Source of the DNA: a virus
Lineage: Duplodnaviria > Caudoviricetes
DNA length: 64,000 bases
Virus record (IMG/VR): IMGVR_UViG_3300015615_000196
Span: 1-64,000 of that record
Direction: 5' to 3' (one strand)
Positions 22,334 to 34,409 of the stretch are shown here, piece by piece; within the stretch, counting starts at the first letter, position 1; every line of letters starts with the position of its first letter. The translations under genes and the position numbers were made by a program. Under the pieces are notes generated by a model that was not told the DNA's origin, did not search any database, and saw only the letters and a list, made by a program, of their open reading frames with translations.

Positions 22334-23179
22334 ATGAAACGCTTAATAAAAACAGTCCAACTTAGTTTCTTTCAGGACGATGCAAACGGTGAATTTGGCC
22401 TTTGCCATAAGAACACACAAGACGACACGTATGGTCGTGCCTTCAATGCTTTTTGGGATGGCTTAGGCTTATTCCATGACGTATTCGAGCACTCGCACGA
22501 GTACGAAAACAAATACTTTCGTGGTGACTATGCAATGAACATAGGGGGCGAAATGGCCGCTATGGGATCACTTTGGTATTACGTTGACGTACTTGGATTG
22601 CATAGCCGTTTACGCTCCACCTTTTACGCTCCATCTACGTCAATGATGCAAACAACTCTTTCAGACGTTCAGGAATGTATTACAGATGGTTACACGAGTT
22701 ATGGCAATACGCTGGAATCAAACGTACCTTACCAACGTCCTACTGATAACGGGGAACTGGAATACGTTATCGCTGAATACTGGAAGAAAGTAAAAGAAAC
22801 CAACGTAAGAACCGAATACGAGCAAGAAAGGGAGTCGGCAATAGAGTACAAAAAATCGGTAACCTTCCGTAAAATCGCAGACCTTCACCGTTATGGCTTC
22901 CGTATGGCTGAAAGGCTTGTACCTGAAAAATGGGAAAACAGGATTGCACTTGAAAACTTCATTGCCTTTTGGAATGACTTCTGCAAGGCTAACAATGCAG
23001 AAGAAATGGCAAGGATGTTTCGCGGGTTAACCGTGAAAATTTACAAAGACGAAACGGGCACAATCAGTTGGAAAGCTGTCTTAGAATCGGCTGACTATCT
23101 TAGCTTCACTGACGTAACGATAACCGAAAACACCCGGTTTGCAATGGAAGACGCTTGGATAATTGAGGACGAAAATTAA
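22334..23179 (+). CDS. hypothetical protein with His/acidic putative metal-binding motif
   Basis: HDVFEHSHE...GEMAA; promoter motif at 22281. Confidence 0.7.
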   Translation: MKRLIKTVQLSFFQDDANGEFGLCHKNTQDDTYGRAFNAFWDGLGLFHDVFEHSHEYENKYFRGDYAMNIGGEMAAMGSLWYYVDVLGLHSRLRSTFYAPSTSMMQTTLSDVQECITDGYTSYGNTLESNVPYQRPTDNGELEYVIAEYWKKVKETNVRTEYEQERESAIEYKKSVTFRKIADLHRYGFRMAERLVPEKWENRIALENFIAFWNDFCKANNAEEMARMFRGLTVKIYKDETGTISWKAVLESADYLSFTDVTITENTRFAMEDAWIIEDEN

Positions 23180-23441
23180 TTAAGATTTTCGCAACCTTGC
23201 CCGACCGTGCCCGTTATTACTACTATAAACAACGAAACCAAATGAAACAGAAAACCAAAGAACACCTTTTAGGGCTGGCGATCATCGTATTTGATATTGT
23301 AATGCTCGTTATCCTACTGTGATTCAGCAAGTTATCAAATTAGGGGCTTCGGCCCCTTTTTTGTTTTAAAAAATTATTTAAACTTTGCGCAACCTTTATT
23401 TAAGTTTTCCCGTATAACTAAGTAAATTAAACAAAAAACAA

Positions 23442-24344
23442 ATGAAAAAACCCGTAGGTAAAATCGTTGCGCTGGCTGAACTTCTGTTTGAGGTTCAAAT
23501 GGCAAAGATTAGCGAAATGTTGGGCTTCAATACCATTGGCTCAACTGAGTTTGGTATCTTCGGCAAGATTGACGGTATTGGTAAGCCGTTCCTGCTGAAT
23601 ACCTGTTCGGACGTGTATGAACTCGTACCGAATTCTGAAATCTTCCCGGTCATTGAAAAAATGTTAAGAAAGGCCGGAATCGAATTTACGGTTGAATACC
23701 GTATGCTTGACTACTCCCGTTTCTATGCTGACTACACGTTGAAGACCGGGGGAATCACAATCGGAAACCGCAAAGATAAAATCTACCCGGTTCTCCGTAT
23801 TGAACACTCGTACAACGGACTGGTAAAGTACAAACTGACTTTCGGTTACTTCCGAATGATTTGTTCAAATGGTTTGACCGTTCCCGTTGAAGGCACTGAC
23901 GAAGTAAACATTACGATCACTGGCAAGCATACTGCCAAAATCAAAAAGAGTCTGGAAAAACTTGTGGAGAAAATTGAGTACTTCACAAACAACCACGACC
24001 GTTACGCAAAACGTTTCCATGAAGTTGCTGAACGTTGGATTGAAAAATGGGAAGACCGTGTTGAGGCCGTTATCGAAGCAACGGGAGTTGGTAAGCGTGG
24101 GTTTGCTCAAATCACTGAGCAGATTAAGAAAGAAGCAGCAACCCTTTACGGTGGCAAGGTTAACGACTGGTTGATTTACAATGGAATCAATTACCATATC
24201 TTCAACGCAACAACGTCCGAAGGTAAGGAGTACGCAACCGCCCCGAACTTGAGAAGGGATGCAGACAAAAAGGTTTGGGATGCAATCTACAAACACCCCA
24301 AGACTGCCGACCTCAAAAAGAAGGCAAAGGTAGTGGCTGAATAA
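23442..24344 (+). CDS. DUF932-like protein
   Basis: YELVPNSE...HSYNG...FGYFRMICSNGL motif. Confidence 0.75.
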   Translation: MKKPVGKIVALAELLFEVQMAKISEMLGFNTIGSTEFGIFGKIDGIGKPFLLNTCSDVYELVPNSEIFPVIEKMLRKAGIEFTVEYRMLDYSRFYADYTLKTGGITIGNRKDKIYPVLRIEHSYNGLVKYKLTFGYFRMICSNGLTVPVEGTDEVNITITGKHTAKIKKSLEKLVEKIEYFTNNHDRYAKRFHEVAERWIEKWEDRVEAVIEATGVGKRGFAQITEQIKKEAATLYGGKVNDWLIYNGINYHIFNATTSEGKEYATAPNLRRDADKKVWDAIYKHPKTADLKKKAKVVAE

Positions 24345-24410
24345 GCAAGCCAGAAAATTAAATAAGAAACCCCTGCAACCTTGTGGGGGTTTCTTCGTTT
24401 ATACTCACAT

Positions 24411-24526
24411 GACCCGCCCCCTATCCCCTACCCCTTCCACCCCGGCCTGACCCCCGTCATATCCCCGCCATCCCCCTCCCGTATCCCCCCCTCGGTACGC
24501 CCTCTTAGCCCCCTCCTATTAGGGGC
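24411..24526. other. C-rich (G-rich on minus strand) low-complexity tract
   Basis: More than ten C3-C7 runs in ~115 bp within an AT-rich genome. Confidence 0.9.
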
Positions 24527-24710
24527 GTGGGTGGAGCATGAAAAAATTTTTTGAGAGAAAAAATACTACCTCTATATGCACTATAAAAAATTATAATTCA
24601 TATGGAATTTGAGCCTTGTGGACGGGGTCTCTTTCAAAAATTTTTCTGGCCAAATTTTTTGTATTTCAAATATTTGCTTTATAGTTTTTTATACGTAGCT
24701 TTGAATTCCT

Positions 24711-27700
24711 ATGCGCAAGAAAATTAAAGTCACCTACAATGAATACGGCACAGTAAAGGCCAAAATTCTGTACATCAATGGCTGGTGGAATTTTGCCAAC
24801 GATCTCTCTGCATTATCAATTCAAGCAGATAACATTATCAAAGTTGAAGTCCTCTTAGAAGCAGAACCTGAGAACATCACTGATACCACAAAATGAAAAT
24901 AACGATTGATCCGGTCTACACACTTTATCCACATTGCAAGATTATCAATGTGGAAGAGTACTTCAACAACACGAAGAAGTGGACGGCAATCCTTCCTGAT
25001 GGTAATGATGTACGTGATCCTGAATTGTATTACACATACGGACTGAATTTTGTAATCGGTATGTGTGCTAAGGATGGTTCAGCAACAATAGTTCAACTAC
25101 ACGTCATTGACGAAAACGGAGAGCACTGCTATCCTGATTTCAAAATCGAAGAACTGGTATCATGAAACTGACAAGCAAAGCACAATTCTCAAAAACAGGT
25201 AAGGACGGCAAGCAAAGAAATTTCTTGTCTTACTTTCTGGATGGAGTATTGATCTTCAAGCAAAAAATTTCATTTAACGAAAAAATGGAACACGGCTTCG
25301 ATAGGAGAACACGGATATACGATGACTATTTGCTGAACGGAAAAATTCATCAAACAAGGATGAATATTGACACACGTAAAGTAAGAGAAGTTTATTTCCC
25401 TGTCTCAAAAGAAATTTTGAAGAAGTTGAACGTACCAAAAGACTTGAAAATATGTTGCCAGTAATTCACATACCCACAACGAATCTCAACATTTCTCCTG
25501 TAAGTATTATTATGGGGGGAGTTGACAAAAACAAAGTTATTGGTATTGTACAGTTCATGGGTGGCAGACAAGAATTCATGGACTTCGCAAAAAAATTTGT
25601 TGTGGATTTGGCCACATACGAAAAACGTCAACTCGCTTTTGCAGACAAAGATTTTGCTGAACGAATTGAAAGCTGTACGGTGGTTATCCTTGGACAGGTT
25701 AAAGGCGAAGTGATCAATCAAATCTGGTTTGTAAAAGATGAAGAAAAACAATAAAGCACTCGGCCTGTTCATGGGCCTGACGATCAAGTTCATTGATCTG
25801 AAACACATTGCACAACCTTCTTTCTGGATGATTGTCGGAGACTATCCACATGAAACTACTCCAAGCAGAGGAATGATTACTTCATTCAATAGCGAAGACG
25901 GTGCATGGTCTGCATTTGAAGATCAATCAAGGTATCATACTTCTTATGACTGGATAATGGGAGTTATCGAAAAAATTGAGTCTCAGGGATATTCTGTAGA
26001 AACAACTCACATTGGTAACGACTACGGAGTAAAGATTTTCTCAAAGGACATGAAGATGTTGAAGTACACGGCAATGAGTACTACTTCAAGATTGGAAGCA
26101 CTTTATCTTGGTGCACTTACCTACATCGAAGGAGAAGCAAGAGAACGTGTAGAGAAAGTCAAGAAACAAGAAGAACAAAAAAGAAGAGACGATGATGAAG
26201 CAGAACGTCAACGTAGAAGAAAACAAGATGACGAAATGATGCTTGCAATTATTGCCTCATGTAGTATAGCAGGAAGCATATGAAAGGTAAACCAAATGAA
26301 ATTTTTAAACAAACCTTTAAGAAAGGTATTGTTGTCGAAAAGATCGATGTAATGGCTGACGTTAAGAAAGCCAAAAAAATTGAAATCATCAATCAAGGTA
26401 AAATGTCGGATGGTGACGAATTTGTTACTGTTAAAATTTACGTATGACATCAGTTTCAAAAAGAAGAAAAGCAAAAAACAACCTTTACGGTACTTCAAAT
26501 TTGAAGACCAAAGGAAAGGCGAAAGGTACTGACCATTATAATTCTTCAAAACGCCAACAGATCAAAAAGAAAATCAAAGAGGAAGAAGAACAATATCCAA
26601 TTGGACATCCAAAGAACTTGCTCACGTCAATGCGTCAATGGAAAGAAGATGTGGATGCAGCAAATTAATCTATGAGAATGATTAAATTCATAGTACCACG
26701 TCATCACGTCTGGTACAACAACGATACTCCTTTCACAAAATTGATATTGAAGAAAGTGCACTCTAATGCACTTTTCGGTATGGAACCCATCCTATCAATG
26801 GAGTTTTGTACAATAAGGTGCAGTATGATGCACCCTGACGTAATGAAAACCCTGCTCACGGATAAATTCAGAGACGGTGATCAGGTAGAAATTCCTGTTG
26901 AAGAAATCGAAGGTGGAGTCTATGCCATTGCCCTCAATGACGAAGACATATTGGACAAGATCGCTATGACCGGAGAAAATAGAATACGGAACTTCCAAGA
27001 GAAGTACCAGAACTATCTGGTTGGTCAAAGCGAAAGAAGCCTCTACACCAAAGCAGATATGCTCAAAGCATTCTACGGTGGGATCAATAGCAGAAGTTTA
27101 GTGATCACTCCTGAGACCACTGCCGGAGAGATCACAAAGTTCACGGAAGAACAATTCGAAATTTGGTTACAAGTATATTTGGGTGCTAAACAACAAAGCG
27201 GTGAAAACACACTATAGAATCGTAAAACACGTTACATGCGAACGTTTCATTAACGAAAAAACCTGTACCAGTGATTTTAAAACAAAAGAATGGTACACGG
27301 TAGAACGTAGATGGTTCTTTTTCATTTGGATCACCTGTCGGTATCAATGGACAACGCATCATTGGGGTGGTTCAGATAGTTCATGGAGAAAATGGGAATG
27401 CACCTCTATTCAAGAAGCTGAGGCATTGATCCGTAGTTGGCACGAAAAAATTGAGGAACCCCAATCCTATTCGTCTGTGGTTAAAGAACTGGCACTGTAA
27501 TTCCGTGTTCGTCTCTTACTGGTGCACTTAAAATAAGTGAGGTAGTGTACTTAAAACTATACCGTTTTCGTATAGAAACACTATTTCGCAACCTTTTTAT
27601 ACAGATTCCGTATAATTAGTTTATGGAAACGATGACCCGACATTTTATCCTCAATAGGATCAAGAGCATTAAAAAGGACGAAGAAAACTTCCGCTCCCCG

Positions 27701-28219
27701 TTTTGGAATAGAACGTTTGTGGCCTTCCATGACCCCATCCAAGAAAAGGATGTCAATATCCCACTCTCAGAAGTGGATTTCGATATTGTGCCGGATAAGG
27801 AACTGGTTTCCTTTTTTGAAATGATCATCCGTAATCAGGAGTGGCGAATGGAGACCGGGGCCATATAACCTTTTTCAAGCATTTCCGTATAATCAAGTAT
27901 GAAGTACCCGCACATGGAACCGATGCTAAAAGACGAAATGGATGCTTTCTTTGGCAAAAGAAGCTACCCCATTGACTCTTGTTTTGCACTCGATCACGGA
28001 GATCACGTCCATATGTTCAGGCAACTCGAACATAGTGTGTTGCACCTCATGCGCTCGGACGGTGACTTTAGTCTGGCCGTCATGCATGAAGGGTTCCTCA
28101 ACGTAGAAAAGGATCAAGAGGTCTTACACAGCATTCCCTTACCTACATTCGTAAACGCAGTGAGGGAGACCATCTACAAGTTTGAAATCGATCAATACTG
28201 GAAACCCAAAGAATCATGA
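24711..28219 (+). other. run of hypothetical ORFs (24711-24896, 24893-25165, 25162-25464, 25452-25754, 25738-26283, 26444-26668, 26672-27217, ~27203-27500, 27623-27868, 27899-28219)
   Basis: Overlapping stop/start codons; promoter motifs at 27587 and 27865. Confidence 0.7.
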
Positions 28220-28785
28220 AAAGTGTTATCGCCATACTCCTGCTCATTTCAACTGCCGTATACGGTCAGGTGGATTATAGCCCCCGTCCTGATTTTATTT
28301 CTTCGGAAAAGCCAATCAAAGTCATTACATGGTTGGAAACCGCTCCCCGTGACTGCAAGCTGTCTTTCAATCATCTGGTCACATTTGTGGATGTAAAGGA
28401 TGAAGGTCTGTTCAATAGTACGGTCTTCGTAAAAATCGTCCACAATGGAGACACAGTGAGGCGTTTTGATTTCCCGACCGGGGAATTGATAGTCAACCGG
28501 ATTTATACCTTTGATGATATTAAGCTGAGGAAGAACGACAAAGTCCAACTGGTCTTCCAGCTTAATCCAGAGACCAACCATGAGAAATATGTATTCTCCA
28601 TTGTGAACGAACCACTGGTAGGGAAGTCCGATGTAGAAACGGTAGTCGAACAAAAGCATGAAAAAGAAGCGAAAGCATCCGGTGGTCAAAAAAAGACAAC
28701 GGTGTATTCCAATAGTGAAAAGGAACTTAAAGCCTTCCGCAGAAGAAGAACAGTAGAAAACTTATTGACTGCCATCCTTCGATAG
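28216..28785 (+). CDS. secreted hypothetical protein
   Basis: N-terminal signal peptide MKSVIAILLLISTAVYG/Q. Confidence 0.7.
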   Translation: MKSVIAILLLISTAVYGQVDYSPRPDFISSEKPIKVITWLETAPRDCKLSFNHLVTFVDVKDEGLFNSTVFVKIVHNGDTVRRFDFPTGELIVNRIYTFDDIKLRKNDKVQLVFQLNPETNHEKYVFSIVNEPLVGKSDVETVVEQKHEKEAKASGGQKKTTVYSNSEKELKAFRRRRTVENLLTAILR

Positions 28786-28788
28786 TCT

Positions 28789-29109
28789 ATGTGGAAGAAA
28801 AGGATCATTGTCGGTAATGACCATCACGAGTACCGGGTGGATGACACCACTGATGGGTATTTGTTTAACATTGAGAAAAACGCATCTGGTGTAGTACGTT
28901 TGTATGATCTTCGTGATATGCCAGCGACATACTATCTCTTCCAGAGTGTAAGGGAAGCGAAGAAAATAGCCGTTAAATCGATCACGGATAAGTCCGTGTT
29001 AGAACCGTTCATCGACAAGAAGTGGTATGAGGATCAGGCAAGGTTTGTGAAGGTAATAAAGGACACGGACGAGTTGCTTGCGAAGTTGAGGAAAGAACAC
29101 GGGCTATAG
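28789..29109 (+). CDS. hypothetical protein
   Basis: Co-directional ORF. Confidence 0.7.
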   Translation: MWKKRIIVGNDHHEYRVDDTTDGYLFNIEKNASGVVRLYDLRDMPATYYLFQSVREAKKIAVKSITDKSVLEPFIDKKWYEDQARFVKVIKDTDELLAKLRKEHGL

Positions 29110-29157
29110 AAATTTATAAAACTGTAAAATCGGTCAGGCGGGTCGTGGCCACGTAAA

Positions 29158-29658
29158 ATGAAAAGTTGGATATTAAAAAGTGGGGGTGAATTGACTGGTG
29201 GTATTTCTTACCAGCAGAGGGTTTCAGATATTCTCAGGCACATAAAGAAAGTTGAGGATAACTGTAATTTACTTGCACGTAAGTTATGGGAGAAGGAACC
29301 GGAGACTGCCTTGCTGCTTATCCGACTTGGCAGGTTGCACGATGCATCAAAATTGGAGCCACTGGAATTACAGGGGCTTTATCCTGAGTCTTCTTTTTTT
29401 AACGAAGCCCTTGAGCATCATCATAAGAACAATCCGCACCATCCTGAGTTTTGGTCATCCATTCACAGTATGTCCGATGAATACATTGCTGAAATGGTAT
29501 GTGACGTAACGGCAAGGGGTCAGGAATTCGGCAGTGATGTCCGTGAGTGGTTTAAATCCAAGGCCACAGTAAAGTATGGCTTTGACTATGTGAAAGACCC
29601 TGTTGGAAAGAAAATCGAAAAATACCTATCTTTGTTACTGACAACCCCGTTTTCATGA
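29158..29658 (+). CDS. HD-superfamily protein (DUF5662-like)
   Basis: H...HDASKL...HHHKNNPHHPE...EMVCD. Confidence 0.75.
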   Translation: MKSWILKSGGELTGGISYQQRVSDILRHIKKVEDNCNLLARKLWEKEPETALLLIRLGRLHDASKLEPLELQGLYPESSFFNEALEHHHKNNPHHPEFWSSIHSMSDEYIAEMVCDVTARGQEFGSDVREWFKSKATVKYGFDYVKDPVGKKIEKYLSLLLTTPFS

Positions 29659-32457
29659 CCAGAGATCAGATACGCGAATATGTGAAGCAACAGTGGTTGA
29701 AGGATAAAACAATCTCCATTCCAGAGAAGACAAAGCATCTTATTGAAGGAATGGAAATGTACGATAAGATTGTCCGTCAGGCATTCTTTGATTCTTTTAC
29801 CGAAGCCGTAGACAAGCGTCCGAAGGAAAAAGGATTCACCAGAGGGATGTTTGGTCTTGATGAAGAACAGATTTATAAGGTACTGGAAAAAATAAAAAAT
29901 CAAATATGAGTTATCACACACGAAAGGCCGTTGTCTTTTCATTATTGCTTGCACTTGAATTGTGCATTGTGGTCTTTATGTTCTACAGTTCGGAGCCGAA
30001 GTACATAGACAACATTTCGACCAAGAAGAGTATCGACCGTTTCGATATGGTTGTGGTTAAGGAATACGATTGGAGTAACATCACCGAAATTGAGACGTTG
30101 ATCGTGTTGCAAGTCGATACTGCTTCTCATACGGCAGTAGCAAAACGAATGGACGGGTTCGCTCATAGTGACAGGTTCTACACCCTGAACTTGAAGACCA
30201 AGAATTTCAGACTTGTTGGACAAGGTACGTTCTACCACAAGGTCAACGAATACGTAGGATTCAACCTGATGTTCATTACCAACGTGTGTTTGATGATCGT
30301 GTTGGTTGCACTCGGTGTTTCCACGTTCAATGCATTATCGAAGATTTTATGATATACGAAGGTTTCAAAATCCATTCAACGGAAAGAATTCACGAAGCAT
30401 ACTGTAGCAACAGAAAATGCAAAAAGCGTGGTGAAAAGGAAATGATTGAGGTATCCAATGGATTTGCCTCAGTTGCGCTTTTCTGTCCTCATTGTGAAAG
30501 TGTGTACGTCCTTACACTTGAACGTGTTGATCCCCGTAGCAAAAAGAATCGTGGTCAATACAAGAGATTTCTTGAGCAATGCCGGGATGAAGTTCGTCTT
30601 CAACAACTCAAGAGACAGGCCATCGGTCAACTGGAATTGGAGAAAGCAGCCAAACGCAGCAAGGAATGACAAAGCAAATGGACAAGTGGTACAAGTACTT
30701 CACCGAGTACTATGGTTGTGATGACGAAGAAGTCATTTCAGACGACCGTGATCTTGTATCACATAATGCCATTGTCGATTTCAAAAGATCGGTGAAGAAA
30801 GAAATCGAAAACGAGATTGCTAAGATTGAACAGAAGAAGGACAACTGCAAAGAGGTTATGAGTATCTTGGCATTCAATCATCAAATCCAGTCATTGAAGA
30901 AAGCAATTGAAATGCTGGACACGGCACTACCACTAAAGGATAAAAATGGATAATTGTCTCTGGTCAATCGTACAAACGCAAGCTGTAAACAACAGCGATG
31001 AAGATATTTCACTTCCGGGATGGGTTCCTGCCAAAGGTAAAAACCCTGATCTAAACTACCATCCTGTATGGTGGGTAAGGATCGGAGAGCCGTTTGAGAA
31101 CTACATTGATGCAATCTTTGCCCGTGAAGAGTTGCCCAATCCAGAAAATTACATTATCTTGCCCCATTATTGACATGAGTAAAAGAACAAAAATATTGCT
31201 ATTGGTGCTTGGCGCAGCCGTTTTAATTACGTGTCAAGTACTTTTCAATAAATTTGTTTTCGACTCAAGCCAAGCTGTTTTATTCTCACCATTGTGGGCG
31301 ATCATCTATAACGTCTACGTGTTGATGGGAATTGGACACTTGCGCAAAACAAGTTAACAATGGAGAAGACTCCTTACGATATTTTCTGCGAAGACGTTGT
31401 GCACAAATTGAGCGAAAGTTTTTACAGAGCACATGAGAAATGGATCACCGAGTACGATGGTACATTCAACCAATTGCTTGTGAAATATTTCAACCTCAAC
31501 TTTGATGCAAGTACTACGGCTTCATTAATTCAACGTAACACCAAAGACCATGAGTGAGAACGATGTAAAATCAATCTGCATTGATCAGAGTGATCTTGAA
31601 TTGCTCAAGTCAATCAAAACCCGTTTGGTAAAAAGCCAGCTTTATGATGAAGCAGCAAAAGTCCGTGATCTTGAGAAGAGGTTGACAGAATTGATCACCG
31701 ATCTCATTGGTATGGGATATGTTCTTCCTTCATTGAAAGGTGAAGAGCAGGAAAAGATTTTTTCCCGTCACGATGTTCGCAAGTTGATCGACTTGACCAA
31801 CAAGCCATTGAAGGAAGCCCTTCAACGCTATGAGGATTCTATGAAGCTGTTGATCGAGCAGCACGTTGCCGGACTTATGGGTACGATCCATGATCAGCAG
31901 GATTTAGCGAAGGAAGAAGCAATTGCTTTCGGGACGTTCATCCTGAACCAATTTACCAGTTCTCCATTGTTCAATTCCAAGCAGATTTATGAGGATTGGC
32001 AAGCCGACAAGGTGAAGAAAGCGAGAGAGGCCCAAATAGCCTCTAATTTGCGTATGAATGATCCACAAACGATGATGAACCAAATCGTGACCAGAGACCC
32101 CTCTGGACAATGGGTGTCTGCAAAGCCAATAGAAATGGTCTGTGAGCATGAGGGTTGCGCCAACATACACGGCAGGGAGTATAAACGCCCTGAAACCGGG
32201 GATTCTTGGGATGGAGAGCCTATTTTCCTCTGTGATAAGCATTCTGTAGGCCATGAACCGTTTTCGACCTAATGGAGCAGAAAGTAGTCCTTTGTGGTAT
32301 CTGCCCCTACCTGTACACAGTTGACGGGGTAAAGCCGTACACTCCTACCGAAAAAGAAAAAGAGATTTTTCTTGACAATATGAAAAAGGGGTTGCCGGAA
32401 GATACCGTTGTCGTTTACTCACCAGTGCCATTACAACCTCCCTTTATCAAGAAATGA
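29655..32457 (+). other. run of hypothetical ORFs (29655-29909, 29906-30352, ~30349-30669, 30666-30953, 30946-31173, ~31175-31357, 31360-31557, 31550-32272, 32272-32457)
   Basis: Translationally coupled ORFs; two are predicted membrane proteins. Confidence 0.7.
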
Positions 32458-33365
32458 AAAAGAAAAGAATTGCAATACTTTTTTCAGGTGGACTTGATTC
32501 TACCTATTTGGTTTACAAAGCCCTCAAGGACGGACATGATGTAACTCCCGTGTACATCGAAATACTCAACAACCCCGGCAAGTCTACAATTGAGAAGCAA
32601 GCAATCTTTCAGCAGTTTCTTGTTTTCAAAACACAAAACAAAGAATTAACTGGAAAGTTAATGTCACCACAATTAGTTGGGAAGATGGAAGTCTGGAAAT
32701 CATGGGACAGTGATCTTCAATTCAATCAAGTACCGATCTGGTTATTGTGTATTCAGTATATGGATTATCGTGACTTCGATGAAATTCAAATTGGATATGT
32801 TGCCAACGATGATGCGAATGCATTTCTCTCCGACATTTCCAAGACCTTCAAGCAACTTATGTGGATGCGCAGTACTGATGGAAGACCAAAAGCTAAATTG
32901 ACTTTCCCTCTTGCACGTATTCAGAAACAAGAGATCATCGAAGAATTACCATATGCATTTAGAGAGCATCTTTATTCTTGCGAGACTCCGATTCTTCTTG
33001 AAACAAAACACAAGATTGAGATACCAGAGTTGGATATGAATAGTCAGTTTCAACGAACTTTCTTAGGCAACGATGAAGGGATGGTTGAAGATTATGAAGT
33101 CTGTGGTAGTTGCAGTTCCTGTCACAAGATATTCACCAATGAGTATCTGTATGATAGATACCAATCGATTCATCATACTGACTATCAAAAAGTCCAGACT
33201 AAGATGACTTTACGAATGCACGATAAACTTCTCAGTGAAGCAAAACACGACAGCAGACTCAAGTCTTATCTTGATGATCACGAGCGTAGAAAGACCGAAG
33301 GGTTTGAATACGCAGTGAAAGAAGAATTCAAGGACGTTGCTCTCGTAGATAAAGCCGAAGCATAA
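32454..33365 (+). CDS. QueC-like PP-loop ATPase (7-cyano-7-deazaguanine synthase family)
   Basis: LFSGGLDST PP-loop; YSCE...CGSCSSC zinc site. Confidence 0.75.
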   Translation: MKKKRIAILFSGGLDSTYLVYKALKDGHDVTPVYIEILNNPGKSTIEKQAIFQQFLVFKTQNKELTGKLMSPQLVGKMEVWKSWDSDLQFNQVPIWLLCIQYMDYRDFDEIQIGYVANDDANAFLSDISKTFKQLMWMRSTDGRPKAKLTFPLARIQKQEIIEELPYAFREHLYSCETPILLETKHKIEIPELDMNSQFQRTFLGNDEGMVEDYEVCGSCSSCHKIFTNEYLYDRYQSIHHTDYQKVQTKMTLRMHDKLLSEAKHDSRLKSYLDDHERRKTEGFEYAVKEEFKDVALVDKAEA

Positions 33366-34409
33366 TTACTTCGAGTCCCAATACTGTTTAAAGATCGGAA
33401 TAGCTAACAAGTAGTTCAAGTCTACTTGGATCATTCTCAATGTCTCAGCAATGAGATCGTGGTCGATGTACGCATCTTCATCATCAGTTCTGAAAATCTT
33501 ATCTAAGGTTTCGACATAGCTTTCGGCATCACCGACAAACTCCCATTCAAGGATGTGAACCTGATTTGAATTTTGAGCAGGGACTACGGCAACATCCGAG
33601 TACGTTGCTCCATCCAATATGTCATCTACGACATAATTTTTTCCATCCTTTACTGCTTGCTGCATTACCGTTGGCGGGTGATGACTTTGTGTTGGATTTG
33701 GCACAAGGTTGTCGATAGTGACGTGTACCACAAAGTATTCAGTATAGAAATCGGCATTCTGTTTTTCACTGGTAAAGAAGAATCCACCGTAGGGGTTTCC
33801 GCTACTTACGATACCTGTTCCGATCAATCTTGGGTCAAATTGTTTGAACGGCAACGGGGTTCTGCTTCCATGATAATAAATCTTATTTAAAATATTACCA
33901 TCTTCGTTAAGTTCTCCTTTATCACTTTTACCGAAGTTAAGTCCTCCTTTATCAATTTTACCAAACGAATCAAGTTTTGGATATGAAGGATCGCCAGTGA
34001 TCTTTGCTTTCTTTTTCTGTTGAATAACATCCCATACGTGAGACTTAACTTTCATGTGATTTGCCACAATATATTTAACTACAGCAGGATTACCGCCCAT
34101 CGATGTAATCCAGTCACGGTACTTATCAACAAACTTTTCAGATTCCTTTTCATGACCGTGTGCAGTTGGGTTTCCGTTTTTAAAGTCGAGTGTAAATGCC
34201 TTACCAAGATCATGAAAGAGTGCAGCAAGAATGATGTCCATATCATCTGGATGTTGGCGAATTGCTCTGGTTACCACCACAGCAATATGTTTCAAAGTAT
34301 TACCTTCTGGATGGTGAACAGGATTTTGAGGTGCTTTCCATTGCTGCCAAAATAGGTTTTGGAGGTCTTTTGGTGCTGAACGGACTAAATCTTTGAAACT
34401 TTGGATCAT
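33366..34409 (-). CDS. HD-domain protein (CCA-adding/PNKP-type HD) fused to a putative ADP-ribosyltransferase-like domain
   Basis: QNPVHHPEGNTLKH...LAALFHDLGKA...HGHE...NHM; C-terminal YYHGS...FD...GGFFFTS...ADFY; start placed at MIQSF after GTATTTAT motif. Confidence 0.7.
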   Translation of the reverse strand: MIQSFKDLVRSAPKDLQNLFWQQWKAPQNPVHHPEGNTLKHIAVVVTRAIRQHPDDMDIILAALFHDLGKAFTLDFKNGNPTAHGHEKESEKFVDKYRDWITSMGGNPAVVKYIVANHMKVKSHVWDVIQQKKKAKITGDPSYPKLDSFGKIDKGGLNFGKSDKGELNEDGNILNKIYYHGSRTPLPFKQFDPRLIGTGIVSSGNPYGGFFFTSEKQNADFYTEYFVVHVTIDNLVPNPTQSHHPPTVMQQAVKDGKNYVVDDILDGATYSDVAVVPAQNSNQVHILEWEFVGDAESYVETLDKIFRTDDEDAYIDHDLIAETLRMIQVDLNYLLAIPIFKQYWDSK

